From NCBI GenBank assembly GCA_007375595.1, contig VMEP01000001.1, positions 10,061 to 74,060 of the forward strand: 64,000 nucleotides of DNA, read 5' to 3'. The stretch's first letter is position 1. Each line of letters opens with the position of its first letter. This DNA is from Parcubacteria group bacterium LiPW_30 (GTDB lineage: Bacteria > Patescibacteriota > Minisyncoccia > Phycocordibacterales > VMEP01). Under the pieces are notes generated by a model that was given only the letters and a program-made list of their open reading frames with translations, did no database searches and had not been told where the DNA came from. The position numbers and the translations under genes were made by a program. This document shows, piece after piece, positions 48,315 through 57,115 of the stretch.

Positions 48315-49640
48315 CTATTTAAGTAAATTCTCCCCCACTTTATAAACATCTCCCGCCCCCATAGTTATCAAAATATCACTTTCTTTTAGATTGTTTTTTA
48401 GATAATTTTCAACATCAGAAAAATTTAAAAATGACTTAGCTTTATCGCCGATTTTTTCTACGAGCATCTCGCTCTTAATACTTCCATCAAACGGCTCCCG
48501 GGCTGCATAAATCGGTAAAAGTAAAACTTCATCAGCATCATCAAAAGATTTCACAAAATCACCTAAAAGAAGTTTTGTTCGCGAATAAAGATGTGGTTGA
48601 AAAACTACCGTAATTTTTTTGTCGGGAAATTTTTCACGAGCCCCTACGAGTGTCGCCTTAACTTCAGTTGGGTGGTGACCGTAATCGTCGTACACAAAAA
48701 CTCCGCTGTTTGTTTTTCCTTTATTTTCAAATCTGCGCCACGTTCCCTTAAATTCTTTTAGCGCTTTTTTTGATTCAGAAACATCAATTCCACAAACACT
48801 TCCGACGGCAATAGCAACTGCAGCATTTTTTCTGTTGTGTTCCCCTGAAACAGAAATTTCCATGTTCTCCTCATAAAAATCCATGTAATCAATAATCGTA
48901 CAATTGAGTCCTTCTATTACGCTCTTTAATCTTTCGTCGCTACGATCACAAATCAATACTCCTTCTTTAGGGATTAATTCTGCGAAAGACTTGAAGGCAC
49001 TTTGTATGTCTTCTAGGTCTTTGTAGTAATCAAGATGATCATTATCAATGTTTGTTATAACCCCTATAGTTGGGTGAATATTTAAAAACGAACGACGATA
49101 TTCACACGCCTCCACTATAAAATATTCCCCTTCTCCTGCAACAAAATTACTTCTCAAATTGTCAGATCCTTCTAACAACTTGCTCCCAACTACAACTGTC
49201 GGTTCTTTTCCACTATCGATAAAAATTCTCGCAATCATTGCGGTGGTTGTGGTTTTGCCATGAGTACCAGAAACAGCAATTGTTTTTTTATTTTTAGAAA
49301 TTAAGCCTAAGATTTCTGGGTATGATAGACACTTAATTCCCTGTTCTTTTGCCGAAACAAATTCTGGGTTATCCTCCAAAACAGCTACAGTGTAAACAAC
49401 CAAATCAATATTCTCTTTTATATTCTCCTTGTTGTGTCCCGAGAAAATAGTCGCCCCCAAAAGACTGAGCTCATTTGTAATTTCAGAATCTTTTGTGTCC
49501 GAACCGGAAACATTTTTCCCCTCCAAAAGCATCATTCTTGCAATAGCAGAAACACCTATTCCGCCAATCCCGAGAAAATGTATGTTTTGGTATTTTTTTA
49601 AATCTATATTATTTTCCAGAACTAATTTAGTGTTATTCAT
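48315..49640 (-). CDS. murC: UDP-N-acetylmuramate--L-alanine ligase.
   Basis: IHFLGIGGIGVSAIARMMLLEGKNVSGSD...AVSGTHGKTTTTAMIARIF. Confidence 0.9.
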   Translation of the reverse strand: MNNTKLVLENNIDLKKYQNIHFLGIGGIGVSAIARMMLLEGKNVSGSDTKDSEITNELSLLGATIFSGHNKENIKENIDLVVYTVAVLEDNPEFVSAKEQGIKCLSYPEILGLISKNKKTIAVSGTHGKTTTTAMIARIFIDSGKEPTVVVGSKLLEGSDNLRSNFVAGEGEYFIVEACEYRRSFLNIHPTIGVITNIDNDHLDYYKDLEDIQSAFKSFAELIPKEGVLICDRSDERLKSVIEGLNCTIIDYMDFYEENMEISVSGEHNRKNAAVAIAVGSVCGIDVSESKKALKEFKGTWRRFENKGKTNSGVFVYDDYGHHPTEVKATLVGAREKFPDKKITVVFQPHLYSRTKLLLGDFVKSFDDADEVLLLPIYAAREPFDGSIKSEMLVEKIGDKAKSFLNFSDVENYLKNNLKESDILITMGAGDVYKVGENLLK

Positions 49641-49648
49641 ATACGGGA

Positions 49649-50404
49649 TTATTTTAACACGTCGATTATATAACCATCGGAACCAAAAATCTCACTTACT
49701 TTTTGTCGGAAAAATTGCGAATCTTTTGAAATAACAAACCTCACCTTAGATTCTCCGTTTCCCTCAAAACGTTTAGACACTTCTTCCGCAACAACTACAG
49801 CTGGATTAAATATTTCAATACCGCCACCAACAACATCACTAAAAATATCCCAAATAAGCGGATAGTGTGTGCAAGCAAGAACAATTACATCAAACTCCCC
49901 TTTGTGTTTTTCTAAAACATTACTAATCATTCCTTTCATCCCAGCCTCTGTTGTTCCCTCTTCTATCGCACCGGCAAGGTATGGTATCGGCACCGCAATA
50001 ACATCCATCCCAAGCGCAAGAAAACCATTTTGATAAATCCCAGAACGAAGCGTTGCGGTTGTTCCAACAATTAAAACTTTTTTGTCTCTCTTTTCCCTAA
50101 AAGCGCGCACTGTCGGCCCAACCATTTCAATAATATCAATCGGCTTAATATCTAAAATATCAAACATTGGCATAACAATATTAGAAGAAACACTATTACA
50201 TGCGCTAACAATTTGTGTTGCCCCTTCATTGAGCAATCTCTCCATTCCCAAAACAGTAAGCGCGCCGAGCTCTTCTGGAGTTTTTTCTCCATATGGAGCG
50301 TTCCTTAAATCACCAAAATAAACAAAATCGGCCTTTGGTAAGCGGGCAATAATTTCCTTAAAGACGGTAAGACCGCCAGACCCAGAATCAAAAATACCAA
50401 TCAT
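49649..50404 (-). CDS. murI: Glutamate racemase.
   Basis: MIGIFDSGSGGLTVFKEI...ACNSVS...LACTHYPLI. Confidence 0.9.
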   Translation of the reverse strand: MIGIFDSGSGGLTVFKEIIARLPKADFVYFGDLRNAPYGEKTPEELGALTVLGMERLLNEGATQIVSACNSVSSNIVMPMFDILDIKPIDIIEMVGPTVRAFREKRDKKVLIVGTTATLRSGIYQNGFLALGMDVIAVPIPYLAGAIEEGTTEAGMKGMISNVLEKHKGEFDVIVLACTHYPLIWDIFSDVVGGGIEIFNPAVVVAEEVSKRFEGNGESKVRFVISKDSQFFRQKVSEIFGSDGYIIDVLK

Positions 50405-50412
50405 TTATTTAT

Positions 50413-51066
50413 TTATTTTACCTGAGAATCGGCGTGAACAAGTTTGTTATACACAAAAGCATAGGCGATTAAACTCACAGGGACAGTTACAAATAAACCA
50501 ACACCCAAAGCAAGCGCCCCTAAAATATTAAGTCCGATAATTGCGAGAAAAATCTTAACCAAACCAAGACTTTGTCCTTTTGTCATATTCCAGCTTTTTG
50601 AAAAAGCTTCGAGTGGATTCATTTCTTTTTCAACAATCAAGAATCTGTAAAATTGGAGTCTTATCATAAGGATAATCCCGGGAACAACAAGTAAAATCAA
50701 ACCAACAACAATCGCCGCAAAATAAAGTAACGTACCAATAATATAATTCAAAAAGAGATATGATTTATCAAAAAAATTATTGAACTTAATTGCCCTGTCA
50801 TTAATAAGCATCAAACTCATGTGAATGATTCCAATATTTACCAGTGCGTTAAAAACCCAACCAAAGAAAGAAAAAATAAAACGCCCAAAATAATAACCGC
50901 TATTCTTGTAAGAAAAAGAGAGGGCTTCAAATATTGATGACACCACAAAAGAAAAAATCATTACAGAAAAAATTAACCAAAAATGTTTTTTTGTTTTCTC
51001 CCATCCAAATCTAAATGCTTTTTCTATATCAATATGAAATGTTGTCATGTGCTTAATTATACGCAA
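50413..51066 (-). CDS. Polytopic membrane protein, hypothetical.
   Basis: 217 aa with about 5 hydrophobic helices; no recognised catalytic motif. Confidence 0.45.
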   Translation of the reverse strand: MRIIKHMTTFHIDIEKAFRFGWEKTKKHFWLIFSVMIFSFVVSSIFEALSFSYKNSGYYFGRFIFSFFGWVFNALVNIGIIHMSLMLINDRAIKFNNFFDKSYLFLNYIIGTLLYFAAIVVGLILLVVPGIILMIRLQFYRFLIVEKEMNPLEAFSKSWNMTKGQSLGLVKIFLAIIGLNILGALALGVGLFVTVPVSLIAYAFVYNKLVHADSQVK

Positions 51067-51088
51067 AAACGGCCAACAAAAAACTATG

Positions 51089-51160
51089 TGCGAGTGGAAG
51101 GAATCGGACCTTCGACCTCTGTCTTATCAGGACAGCGTTCTACCACTGAACTACACTCGC
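51089..51160 (-). tRNA. tRNA-Ile (anticodon GAU).
   Basis: Minus strand GCGAGTG-TA-GTTC-AGTGGTA-GAAC-G-CTGTC-CTGATAA-GACAG-AGGTC-GAAGG-TCCGATT-CCTTC-CACTCGC-A; cloverleaf with 7-bp acceptor, U33, anticodon GAT; CCA not encoded. Confidence 0.85.
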
Positions 51161-51234
51161 AAGGGAAAAGTAACGACGAAACTATAACAAAAAGCGCGGT
51201 TATGGGCAACAAAATCTTTTTTTAAACAAACATA

Positions 51235-51272
51235 CTAAAAATTAAAAGCCGCCCCGGTGAAACCGGGACGGC
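51235..51272 (-). terminator. Intrinsic terminator (minus strand) after the 73-aa ORF.
   Basis: gccgccccgg-tgaaa-ccgggacggc imperfect stem; followed on the minus strand by UUUUAAUUUUU. Confidence 0.5.
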
Positions 51273-51286
51273 TTTGTTCTGGTCTT

Positions 51287-51508
51287 TCACCAGTGTACGT
51301 GCAGTATGCTCGCCAACTTGAACGGGGCGAGCCAGAACCAAGCAAGCGGTACGTACTCCCCATTCAGCGCATTGAAGAAAGCCAAAGTGCTGAACGTCAT
51401 GTAAAAAAGAAGCAATACCGCCGTCGCCCCCCAGAAATACTCGGAGGCAGTGCCGTTATTTTCCGGCCGAAAAACGATATCCTTCACATCTCTGCCGAAG
51501 TACAGCAT
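51287..51508 (-). CDS. Small membrane protein (2 TM), hypothetical, in the GC-rich islet next to tRNA-Ile.
   Basis: SD AAGGAGAGGATCATG; ...WGATAVLLLFYMTFSTLAFF...WFWLAPFKLASIL; terminator downstream. Confidence 0.45.
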   Translation of the reverse strand: MLYFGRDVKDIVFRPENNGTASEYFWGATAVLLLFYMTFSTLAFFNALNGEYVPLAWFWLAPFKLASILHVHW

Positions 51509-51584
51509 GATCCTCTCCTTGAGTTATGATACTGATTTGCCTGACTAATTCACATACCGCAGAGCTGGGGCGAATTCAAATTAC

Positions 51585-51749
51585 TTACCCCATCCACAAA
51601 ACGAACAACGTCAGCAAGACAACGACTCCGGTAACAATCGCCACCAAACTAAAATGCCTTTCCCTCTCGTGTAATTCAGGCGATACCGGATCATAGAAAC
51701 GAGGAGGGACCTTGTGCGCTCTCATTTGCCACCACTCATGTGATTTCAT
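51585..51749 (-). CDS. Small (54 aa) membrane protein with a C-terminal TM, hypothetical, in the GC-rich islet.
   Basis: SD CGGAGGTTGAAACCATG; MKSHEWWQMRAHKVPPRFYDPVSPELHERERHFSLVAIVTGVVVLLTLFVLWMG. Confidence 0.4.
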   Translation of the reverse strand: MKSHEWWQMRAHKVPPRFYDPVSPELHERERHFSLVAIVTGVVVLLTLFVLWMG

Positions 51750-51937
51750 GGTTTCAACCTCCGAAACGAGTGTTGTGATTCACAAAGAACCTCTCAGTTT
51801 GTTATCCTAACTCCTATTGAATCACACAATGGCTTAAAAGTCAATACCCCGTACTAGAACAAAGTTCAGTACGGGGTAAGCCTAAAATAATCGCTTTTTG
51901 AGCTACATTATTTTTTTGTTTCTCTCGCTCTCTCTAC

Positions 51938-54235
51938 TTATATCTCACAAATTCCTGCCACACATGCGAGTTCTGCTTTGTTTTCCGTTTCATCAACTTT
52001 CTCATAAGTTACAATCTTTGAGAAATCAATATGTTCCCATCGCTTTGCTAACTCAATATATTTCTTTTCATCTATTTCTTCGTAAGGTGCAAGCTGATAG
52101 ACGTGATTATCTCGTGGCAAGAACGAAAGTCCACCAACTATATCCCAATTTTTATATACCCAATGTCCAACATCAATCCACTCTGTATCGCCGACAGAAA
52201 TTGTCGTCGATGGGTTATGTTCTGTGTAATGTGTTTTATACATCTTCCAATATTCCAATTGATCAATCGCCGTTAAATCATTCTTGAAAATCGAACCCTT
52301 TGGAGCACGTACTGGAAAATCAATAACAAAGGTTGTTGCTGAATCAGCGGTTTGTCCAACTTCAGGATGATATGGCACTCCCTGGTCTTTCAACATTTTA
52401 AAAAGAGAATCTGTCGAAGCGATACGCACGCGACGAATATAAAATGGTGCAAAACGTGGATGCATCCCAGAAGAAGAATCAACTGTCTGCGAAAGATTTC
52501 CTGACGGTTTAACTGCTGTTATAGCAGTTGAAGGATTTATTCCAAACCTCTTGGCGTATTGTTGGTTCACTTTTATTGTCTCATTGCGAAGTTTATCCAA
52601 GACATCTGCTTTACGCGCTGTTGGACAGTCCCACTGTCCTGTAACAGAAACTCCAAGCAACCTTTCCGTATCACAATTTTCTTTCCACTCTTTTGAAAGA
52701 TACGGAAAGTTCGTGAGTGTTGATTGGTATGTCCCAATGATTGTCGCGATTCGGATTTTCTTAAGAAGTTTTTCAACAGTATCTCCCGGACGAGCAATAA
52801 CCTCTGAAAGATTACAAAACTGTTTTGATTGTAGGATTATTTCTCCACATGGGTTTACTCCAACAGAACCAGTCATACGTCCATTTGTTATATGTTGGTC
52901 CATAAACTTAAGACGTCTCTCTGGAAGTGTCGTTGCCAAAGAACCACGGTTGAATATTCCACGCTCCCCTGATTTTGATTTCATCAAAGCAATCCACTCA
53001 TCCAAAAATTCTTCGGTTGTTGGTTTGTCTACATAAACAGCAGAATTGTTGGCAAGTGCACGCTGTGGATCTGTGTAGTAAAATGGGCCCTTTTTAGAGT
53101 CTCTCATCTCTACGTCACCCAAATCTGACAAGGAAATCATGGCGCTTCTTCTCACCCCTCCAGAAACCACACATTCACCAATTTTGCATAAAATATCGTG
53201 TGCGTCGAGCGGAGAAAGCTTACGTCCTTGTTTCTTCAACATCCTCTCACGAGTAAAATCGATAACAGAACGAATCGGATCAGGTCCTGATGATTTTCCA
53301 CCCATTGTTTTTAAACGAGCGCCAGCTGGACGAAGTGCAGAATAATCAAACTCAATATCTTTTCCTTCAGACCAAGTCTTCATTCCAAGAACAATCGCAT
53401 CTGCCCATCCCTCCTTACTATCATCAATAACATGCTTTGGTGATTTTTTTCCTGTCTGATATTTGATTGAAGGAAGTTTGTCGATGTTTTGATTTTCTAC
53501 AGCATAACCAACACCAGTACCACACATTAATATGTACATGACCTCTCCGAAATCTTGCCATGCAGTTGGAGCAATGAATGAACAATTATATGCGCAGATA
53601 TTTGTTTTACGTGCAGCAAGACCAGCAAACTGGAAAAGTCGCATTGATGGCATCGCTTCTTGTTTTAAGATTGCTTCTCTTATTTCTTTATACTCTTCTT
53701 CTTTTAATTTCTTACCAAGATTCTCGCGCATAAAATCGACATAACGATCAACCGTTTCAACCCAAGTCTCTCGTCGTCCTTCACCATCAATCCATCTTGA
53801 ATATGTGCGGTAGTAAATAAATTCTCCTAATACATTTCTAAAATATTTTTTACTTTCCTCTGAAAGCTTTCGCACCTTCTCTGGAACCTCTCCAACTTCA
53901 CGGCGTAAACGAGAACGTTCCTCTCTATAAAGAATATATGCCTTTGCTGTCTTTACGTAGTCTTCTGTGATGAGCTGTGCTTCAACGAAATCTTGAATTC
54001 CTTCCACTGTTGGAACAAAATTCTTTACAAGTTTATTCACTCGCAAAAGCTCAGAATAAACTTTGCGAGAAATATATTCCGCTTCCTTCTCGCTTCCCTC
54101 TCCTGTCGCAACCATTGCCTTGTTTACTGCACTCGTAACTCTGTCAATATCAAAATCAACTATCGTACCATCACGTTTTTGAATTTTTTTGATTAGTAAT
54201 GGTAATTTCTGTGCAACTTTTGCGACTTTCGACAT
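51938..54235 (-). CDS. nrdJ: Adenosylcobalamin-dependent (class II) ribonucleotide reductase with an N-terminal ATP-cone.
   Basis: ATP-cone KRDGTIVDFDIDRVTSAVNKAM; catalytic region ...GSVGVNPCGEIILQSKQFCNLSE (NPCGE), a single 765-aa chain. Confidence 0.85.
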   Translation of the reverse strand: MSKVAKVAQKLPLLIKKIQKRDGTIVDFDIDRVTSAVNKAMVATGEGSEKEAEYISRKVYSELLRVNKLVKNFVPTVEGIQDFVEAQLITEDYVKTAKAYILYREERSRLRREVGEVPEKVRKLSEESKKYFRNVLGEFIYYRTYSRWIDGEGRRETWVETVDRYVDFMRENLGKKLKEEEYKEIREAILKQEAMPSMRLFQFAGLAARKTNICAYNCSFIAPTAWQDFGEVMYILMCGTGVGYAVENQNIDKLPSIKYQTGKKSPKHVIDDSKEGWADAIVLGMKTWSEGKDIEFDYSALRPAGARLKTMGGKSSGPDPIRSVIDFTRERMLKKQGRKLSPLDAHDILCKIGECVVSGGVRRSAMISLSDLGDVEMRDSKKGPFYYTDPQRALANNSAVYVDKPTTEEFLDEWIALMKSKSGERGIFNRGSLATTLPERRLKFMDQHITNGRMTGSVGVNPCGEIILQSKQFCNLSEVIARPGDTVEKLLKKIRIATIIGTYQSTLTNFPYLSKEWKENCDTERLLGVSVTGQWDCPTARKADVLDKLRNETIKVNQQYAKRFGINPSTAITAVKPSGNLSQTVDSSSGMHPRFAPFYIRRVRIASTDSLFKMLKDQGVPYHPEVGQTADSATTFVIDFPVRAPKGSIFKNDLTAIDQLEYWKMYKTHYTEHNPSTTISVGDTEWIDVGHWVYKNWDIVGGLSFLPRDNHVYQLAPYEEIDEKKYIELAKRWEHIDFSKIVTYEKVDETENKAELACVAGICEI

Positions 54236-54523
54236 ATTTTTATTAAAAAATTAAAAAAACTGGTAAAAATTAGCTCATCACGAGCTTGTAAAGTTCATTT
54301 TACAGTAAATTCATCCCACCGGCACTGTGGATTGCCATAAAATTAATAAACAAAAACATAAAATCTTTCTTGTAAACCCCGCGTCAAATTTACCGCTTCA
54401 AACTAAGGCTAAATAGATACCCTTTTCTATTTATGACAAACAATTTCCCAAAAAAATATCAAACTTTTCAAAGAAAACTGCCCTTTACTATCTCTTCCAA
54501 AGAGTCAGAAAATTAACTACCTA

Positions 54524-55078
54524 TTAGATGGAGAAATTAACTTTGTCACCAACTTTAAGTTTGTTTTTTGAAAAAAATCCAGATGAAACCTCTAATACGT
54601 AGGTCGCATTAGAAGCTGGTTGAAAAATACCAGGGTATGTTTCTGGTAAAACATTTTCCTCTGCATAAATAATTTCTTTATTTTCGTTAATCCAAATGAT
54701 ATCTAATGCGAATTTCATACCTTCCATCCAAAAACCGTAGATATCTGGTTCTTCAAAAACAAAAAACATACCTTCGTTTGGTAAAAGTGAATCACGACCA
54801 GAAAGACCAATGGTTCTCTCTTCTTCTGTACTAGCGACGATAACGTTTATTGTTGCGTCACCGATAGAAACTTGGGTATTTTTTTTATTTTCTCCCACCA
54901 AGGAAGTTGGTGCTTGATTTAAAGACTTACTATCTTTATCTTCTGAAAAAAACTTTTCTGTTCTTGTGGAATTTCCCAAATAAGAAAGTATTAAAAGCAA
55001 ACCAACGAAAGCGACAACAAAGCGTAACCATTTTGGAATCAAACCACAGATTGAGCAATTTATTTTTTTGAAATTCAT
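54524..55078 (-). CDS. DUF192 family protein (membrane-anchored).
   Basis: N-terminal TM; C-terminal GMKFALDIIWINENKEIIYAEENVLPE typical of DUF192/COG1430. Confidence 0.6.
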   Translation of the reverse strand: MNFKKINCSICGLIPKWLRFVVAFVGLLLILSYLGNSTRTEKFFSEDKDSKSLNQAPTSLVGENKKNTQVSIGDATINVIVASTEEERTIGLSGRDSLLPNEGMFFVFEEPDIYGFWMEGMKFALDIIWINENKEIIYAEENVLPETYPGIFQPASNATYVLEVSSGFFSKNKLKVGDKVNFSI

Positions 55079-55102
55079 TTTATTATTTTTTAATTTTAAA
55101 TG

Positions 55103-55606
55103 TTACTGACCTTTGTAAAGATTAATATTTGGATTATCCCAACCTGAGTATACCGGGTTGGAACTATTTTCTAACCTAGTTCCAACTATATAATTTTGAT
55201 CACTACCAGTATATATGTATGGTGGAGTACTTCCAGTTGGTTTATATCTTCTCGCATAATAATAACCATATTGAGCAGCGATGTTGGTTGGATCAACTGG
55301 TGTAGCGCTAAGATAATTTGGTTTTACGCCCAAAGTATTTAAATTCACATAACCTCCAGAAGCAGTAGAGTTACAATAATCAGCAACGCCACACGCAGGA
55401 TAAAATCCATTGTCAGTGTGATACATCTCAATTGCTTTAATTAACTGATTCATGTCAGCCAATCTTCTTGTATCCCTCGCCTTCACTCGCGCGGTATTTA
55501 ATGAAGCAATGACGATAGATGACAAAATCCCAATAATGGCGATGACCACCAAAAGTTCAATAAGTGTAAAACCTTTTTTATCTTTAATTAGGTTCTTGGA
55601 AATCAT
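55103..55606 (-). CDS. Prepilin-type N-terminal cleavage/methylation domain pilin (type IV pilin/pseudopilin).
   Basis: KGFTLIELLVVIAIIGILSSIVIASL class III signal peptide with the G-F-T-L-I-E motif. Confidence 0.75.
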   Translation of the reverse strand: MISKNLIKDKKGFTLIELLVVIAIIGILSSIVIASLNTARVKARDTRRLADMNQLIKAIEMYHTDNGFYPACGVADYCNSTASGGYVNLNTLGVKPNYLSATPVDPTNIAAQYGYYYARRYKPTGSTPPYIYTGSDQNYIVGTRLENSSNPVYSGWDNPNINLYKGQ

Positions 55607-55683
55607 AGGGTGCTGATACTTGCCCCGAATTATAACAAATCAATGTATTTTTATACATATTTAGCCTTGTTTTTAGGGAGTTT

Positions 55684-55706
55684 TAGAGGCGGAGAGATTC
55701 GGCTCC
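55684..55706 (-). other. Degenerate tRNA 3'-end fragment (T-arm/acceptor-like).
   Basis: Minus strand GGAGCCGAATCTCTCCGCCTC resembles GAGAGTTCGAATCTCTCCGCCTCC of the tRNA-Ser below; no full cloverleaf. Confidence 0.3.
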
Positions 55707-55855
55707 ACATAAAATTTTGTCGTCACAAAATTTTTGCTAGCCGCGCCTCGCGATTTTTGTTGCTACAAAAATATCGCTCCGGCGTTCAAATCTCTCGCGC
55801 AATGTGTGCAGACACATTGCTCGCCTCCGCAGTTTTTCACTGCGTTTCAAAACTG

Positions 55856-56009
55856 CGGAGGCGGAGAGATTCGAACTCTCGGTGGGTTGCCCCACACAGA
55901 CTTTCCAGGTCTGCGCACTAGACCGCCCACCGCTAAAGCGGGGTCCCGCCTCATCGCATCCTGCGAGATCCCGCCAAAGGCGGTGAAAAGGCGGTGATAT
56001 GCGACCTTA
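55856..56009 (-). pseudogene. tRNA-Ser(GGA)-derived pseudo-copy. Its 3' 70 nt (D-loop to 3' end) are identical to the intact gene; about 75 nt of unrelated GC-rich sequence are inserted in the D-loop, and the 5' acceptor strand is replaced.
   Basis: 55856-55925 matches 56019-56088 of the intact tRNA exactly, then diverges (cccaccgctaaagcggggtcccgcc...ggcggtgatatgcgacc). The 5' end reads TATAAGGTCGCATA instead of GGAGGCGTCGCATA and cannot pair with the 3' CGCCTCC. Confidence 0.5.
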
Positions 56010-56018
56010 TATACAAAG

Positions 56019-56103
56019 CGGAGGCGGAGAGATTCGAACTCTCGGTGGGTTGCCCCACACAGACTTTCCAGGTCTGCGCACTAGACCGCTATGCGACGCC
56101 TCC
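56019..56103 (-). tRNA. tRNA-Ser (anticodon GGA), intact, with a long variable arm.
   Basis: Minus strand GGAGGCG-TC-GCA-TAGCGGTCTAG-TGC-G-CAGAC-CTGGAAA-GTCTG-TGTGGGGCAACCCACC-GAGAG-TTCGAAT-CTCTC-CGCCTCC-G; anticodon loop CU-GGA-AA; class II variable arm GTGGG/CCCAC. Confidence 0.8.
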
Positions 56104-56124
56104 GCTTTGTATATAAATAAAAAA

Positions 56125-56382
56125 CTAAGAAATTAACTTTTTAAATGCTTCCCCTCCTTTGTATGACTTTATTTTTTTCTCTCTCAGCCAAGCTTCCTTC
56201 TTAGAATCAAAAACTTCTTTGTACACTAATCTCCATGGGCTACCACTTTTTGTTGAACGGTTCGCTCCAGAATTATGATGTTTCAACCTATCATCAATAT
56301 TTGATGTAAATCCAATATAATATCTACTTGTTACTTCGCTTTGAATTATATATACGCTGTACATTTTTACTAGACCGCCCAC
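56125..56382 (-). CDS. Small GIY-YIG nuclease family protein (second copy of this family in the window).
   Basis: MYSVYIIQSEVTSRYYIGFTSNIDDRLKHHNSGANRSTKSGSPWRLVYKEVFDSKKEAWLREKKIKSYKG. Confidence 0.75.
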   Translation of the reverse strand: MGGLVKMYSVYIIQSEVTSRYYIGFTSNIDDRLKHHNSGANRSTKSGSPWRLVYKEVFDSKKEAWLREKKIKSYKGGEAFKKLIS

Positions 56383-56441
56383 CGCTAAAGCGGGATCCCG
56401 CCAACGGCGGTGACCCAGAGGCGGTGATATGCGACGCCTCC
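56370..56441 (-). other. tRNA-Ser 5' fragment (positions 1-14 plus D-loop) split by a 50-nt insert. It overlaps the start of the GIY-YIG gene.
   Basis: Minus strand GGAGGCGTCGCATA + TCACCGCCTCTGGGTCACCGCCGTTGGCGGGATCCCGCTTTAGCGGTGGG + CGGTCTAG, followed 5 nt later by the ATG of the GIY-YIG ORF. The insert is related to the insert in the pseudo-copy at 55926-56000. Confidence 0.45.
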
Positions 56442-56482
56442 GTGAAAAAGCATTGTTGCAGAAAAAAACTAATAACGCAAAA

Positions 56483-57103
56483 CTAAATTGAGCGATAAAT
56501 AAAAAGACTTATAAGCGCGAGGACAATACTGATATACAAAAACAAGGACGAAGCAAAAAGAAGAATTGGTATTTGAGAGATAGCATAAATCCCCAACAGG
56601 CCTACCCCAAAAGACTGACAAACCATTTTTATTTTTCCTACCCCACGCGCCTCAACAACTTCCCCTCGAAATTTTTTACGATAATAAGCGTTCAAAATAA
56701 GAAGTATCTCAATTGAAATAACCATCGCAATAATAAATGGGGACAAAAAACGCGAGACCAAAATAAACCCAGCAACACCTATTAAAAGTTTATCTGCAAG
56801 TGGATCAAATAATTTCCCCCAATCTGTAACTTGCCCGCGAGTGCGCGCAATAGCGCCATCAAGAGCATCACTAAAAGCAGATACGGCAAACAACATAAAA
56901 CCTGTTGCGTAATATTCATAAAACAAAAGAAAAGTGACGAATGGAATAGAAACAAAACGAAAGACGGTAATGTGGTTTGGCACTACATAAATAGGTATTA
57001 GTGGTTCAAAGATAAAACTTATCGCTCTATCTTTAATACCAACTTTTACTTTTGTTTCTGTTACTTCACTCCAGAGAGAACTTTTTGTTTTAAAGATAGC
57101 CAT
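56483..57103 (-). CDS. CDP-alcohol phosphatidyltransferase family protein (PgsA-like).
   Basis: SDALDGAIARTRGQVTDWGKLFDPLADKLL = D-G-x2-A-R-x8-G-x3-D-x3-D signature; multiple TM helices. Confidence 0.8.
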   Translation of the reverse strand: MAIFKTKSSLWSEVTETKVKVGIKDRAISFIFEPLIPIYVVPNHITVFRFVSIPFVTFLLFYEYYATGFMLFAVSAFSDALDGAIARTRGQVTDWGKLFDPLADKLLIGVAGFILVSRFLSPFIIAMVISIEILLILNAYYRKKFRGEVVEARGVGKIKMVCQSFGVGLLGIYAISQIPILLFASSLFLYISIVLALISLFIYRSI

Positions 57104-57115
57104 GTGTTTAGTATT

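Noticed and set aside
47682-48326. 214-aa + strand ORF overlapping the GC-rich 183-aa minus-strand gene.
   Set aside because: Its composition is R/S/P/K-rich, it has a GTG start and lacks a usable RBS or terminator. The minus-strand ORF has a signal peptide, an SD-like site and a downstream terminator.
55610-55997. Three overlapping + strand ORFs (60-103 aa).
   Set aside because: They lie across tRNA-Ser-derived repeats and hairpins; the sequence is explained by tRNA fragments on the minus strand.
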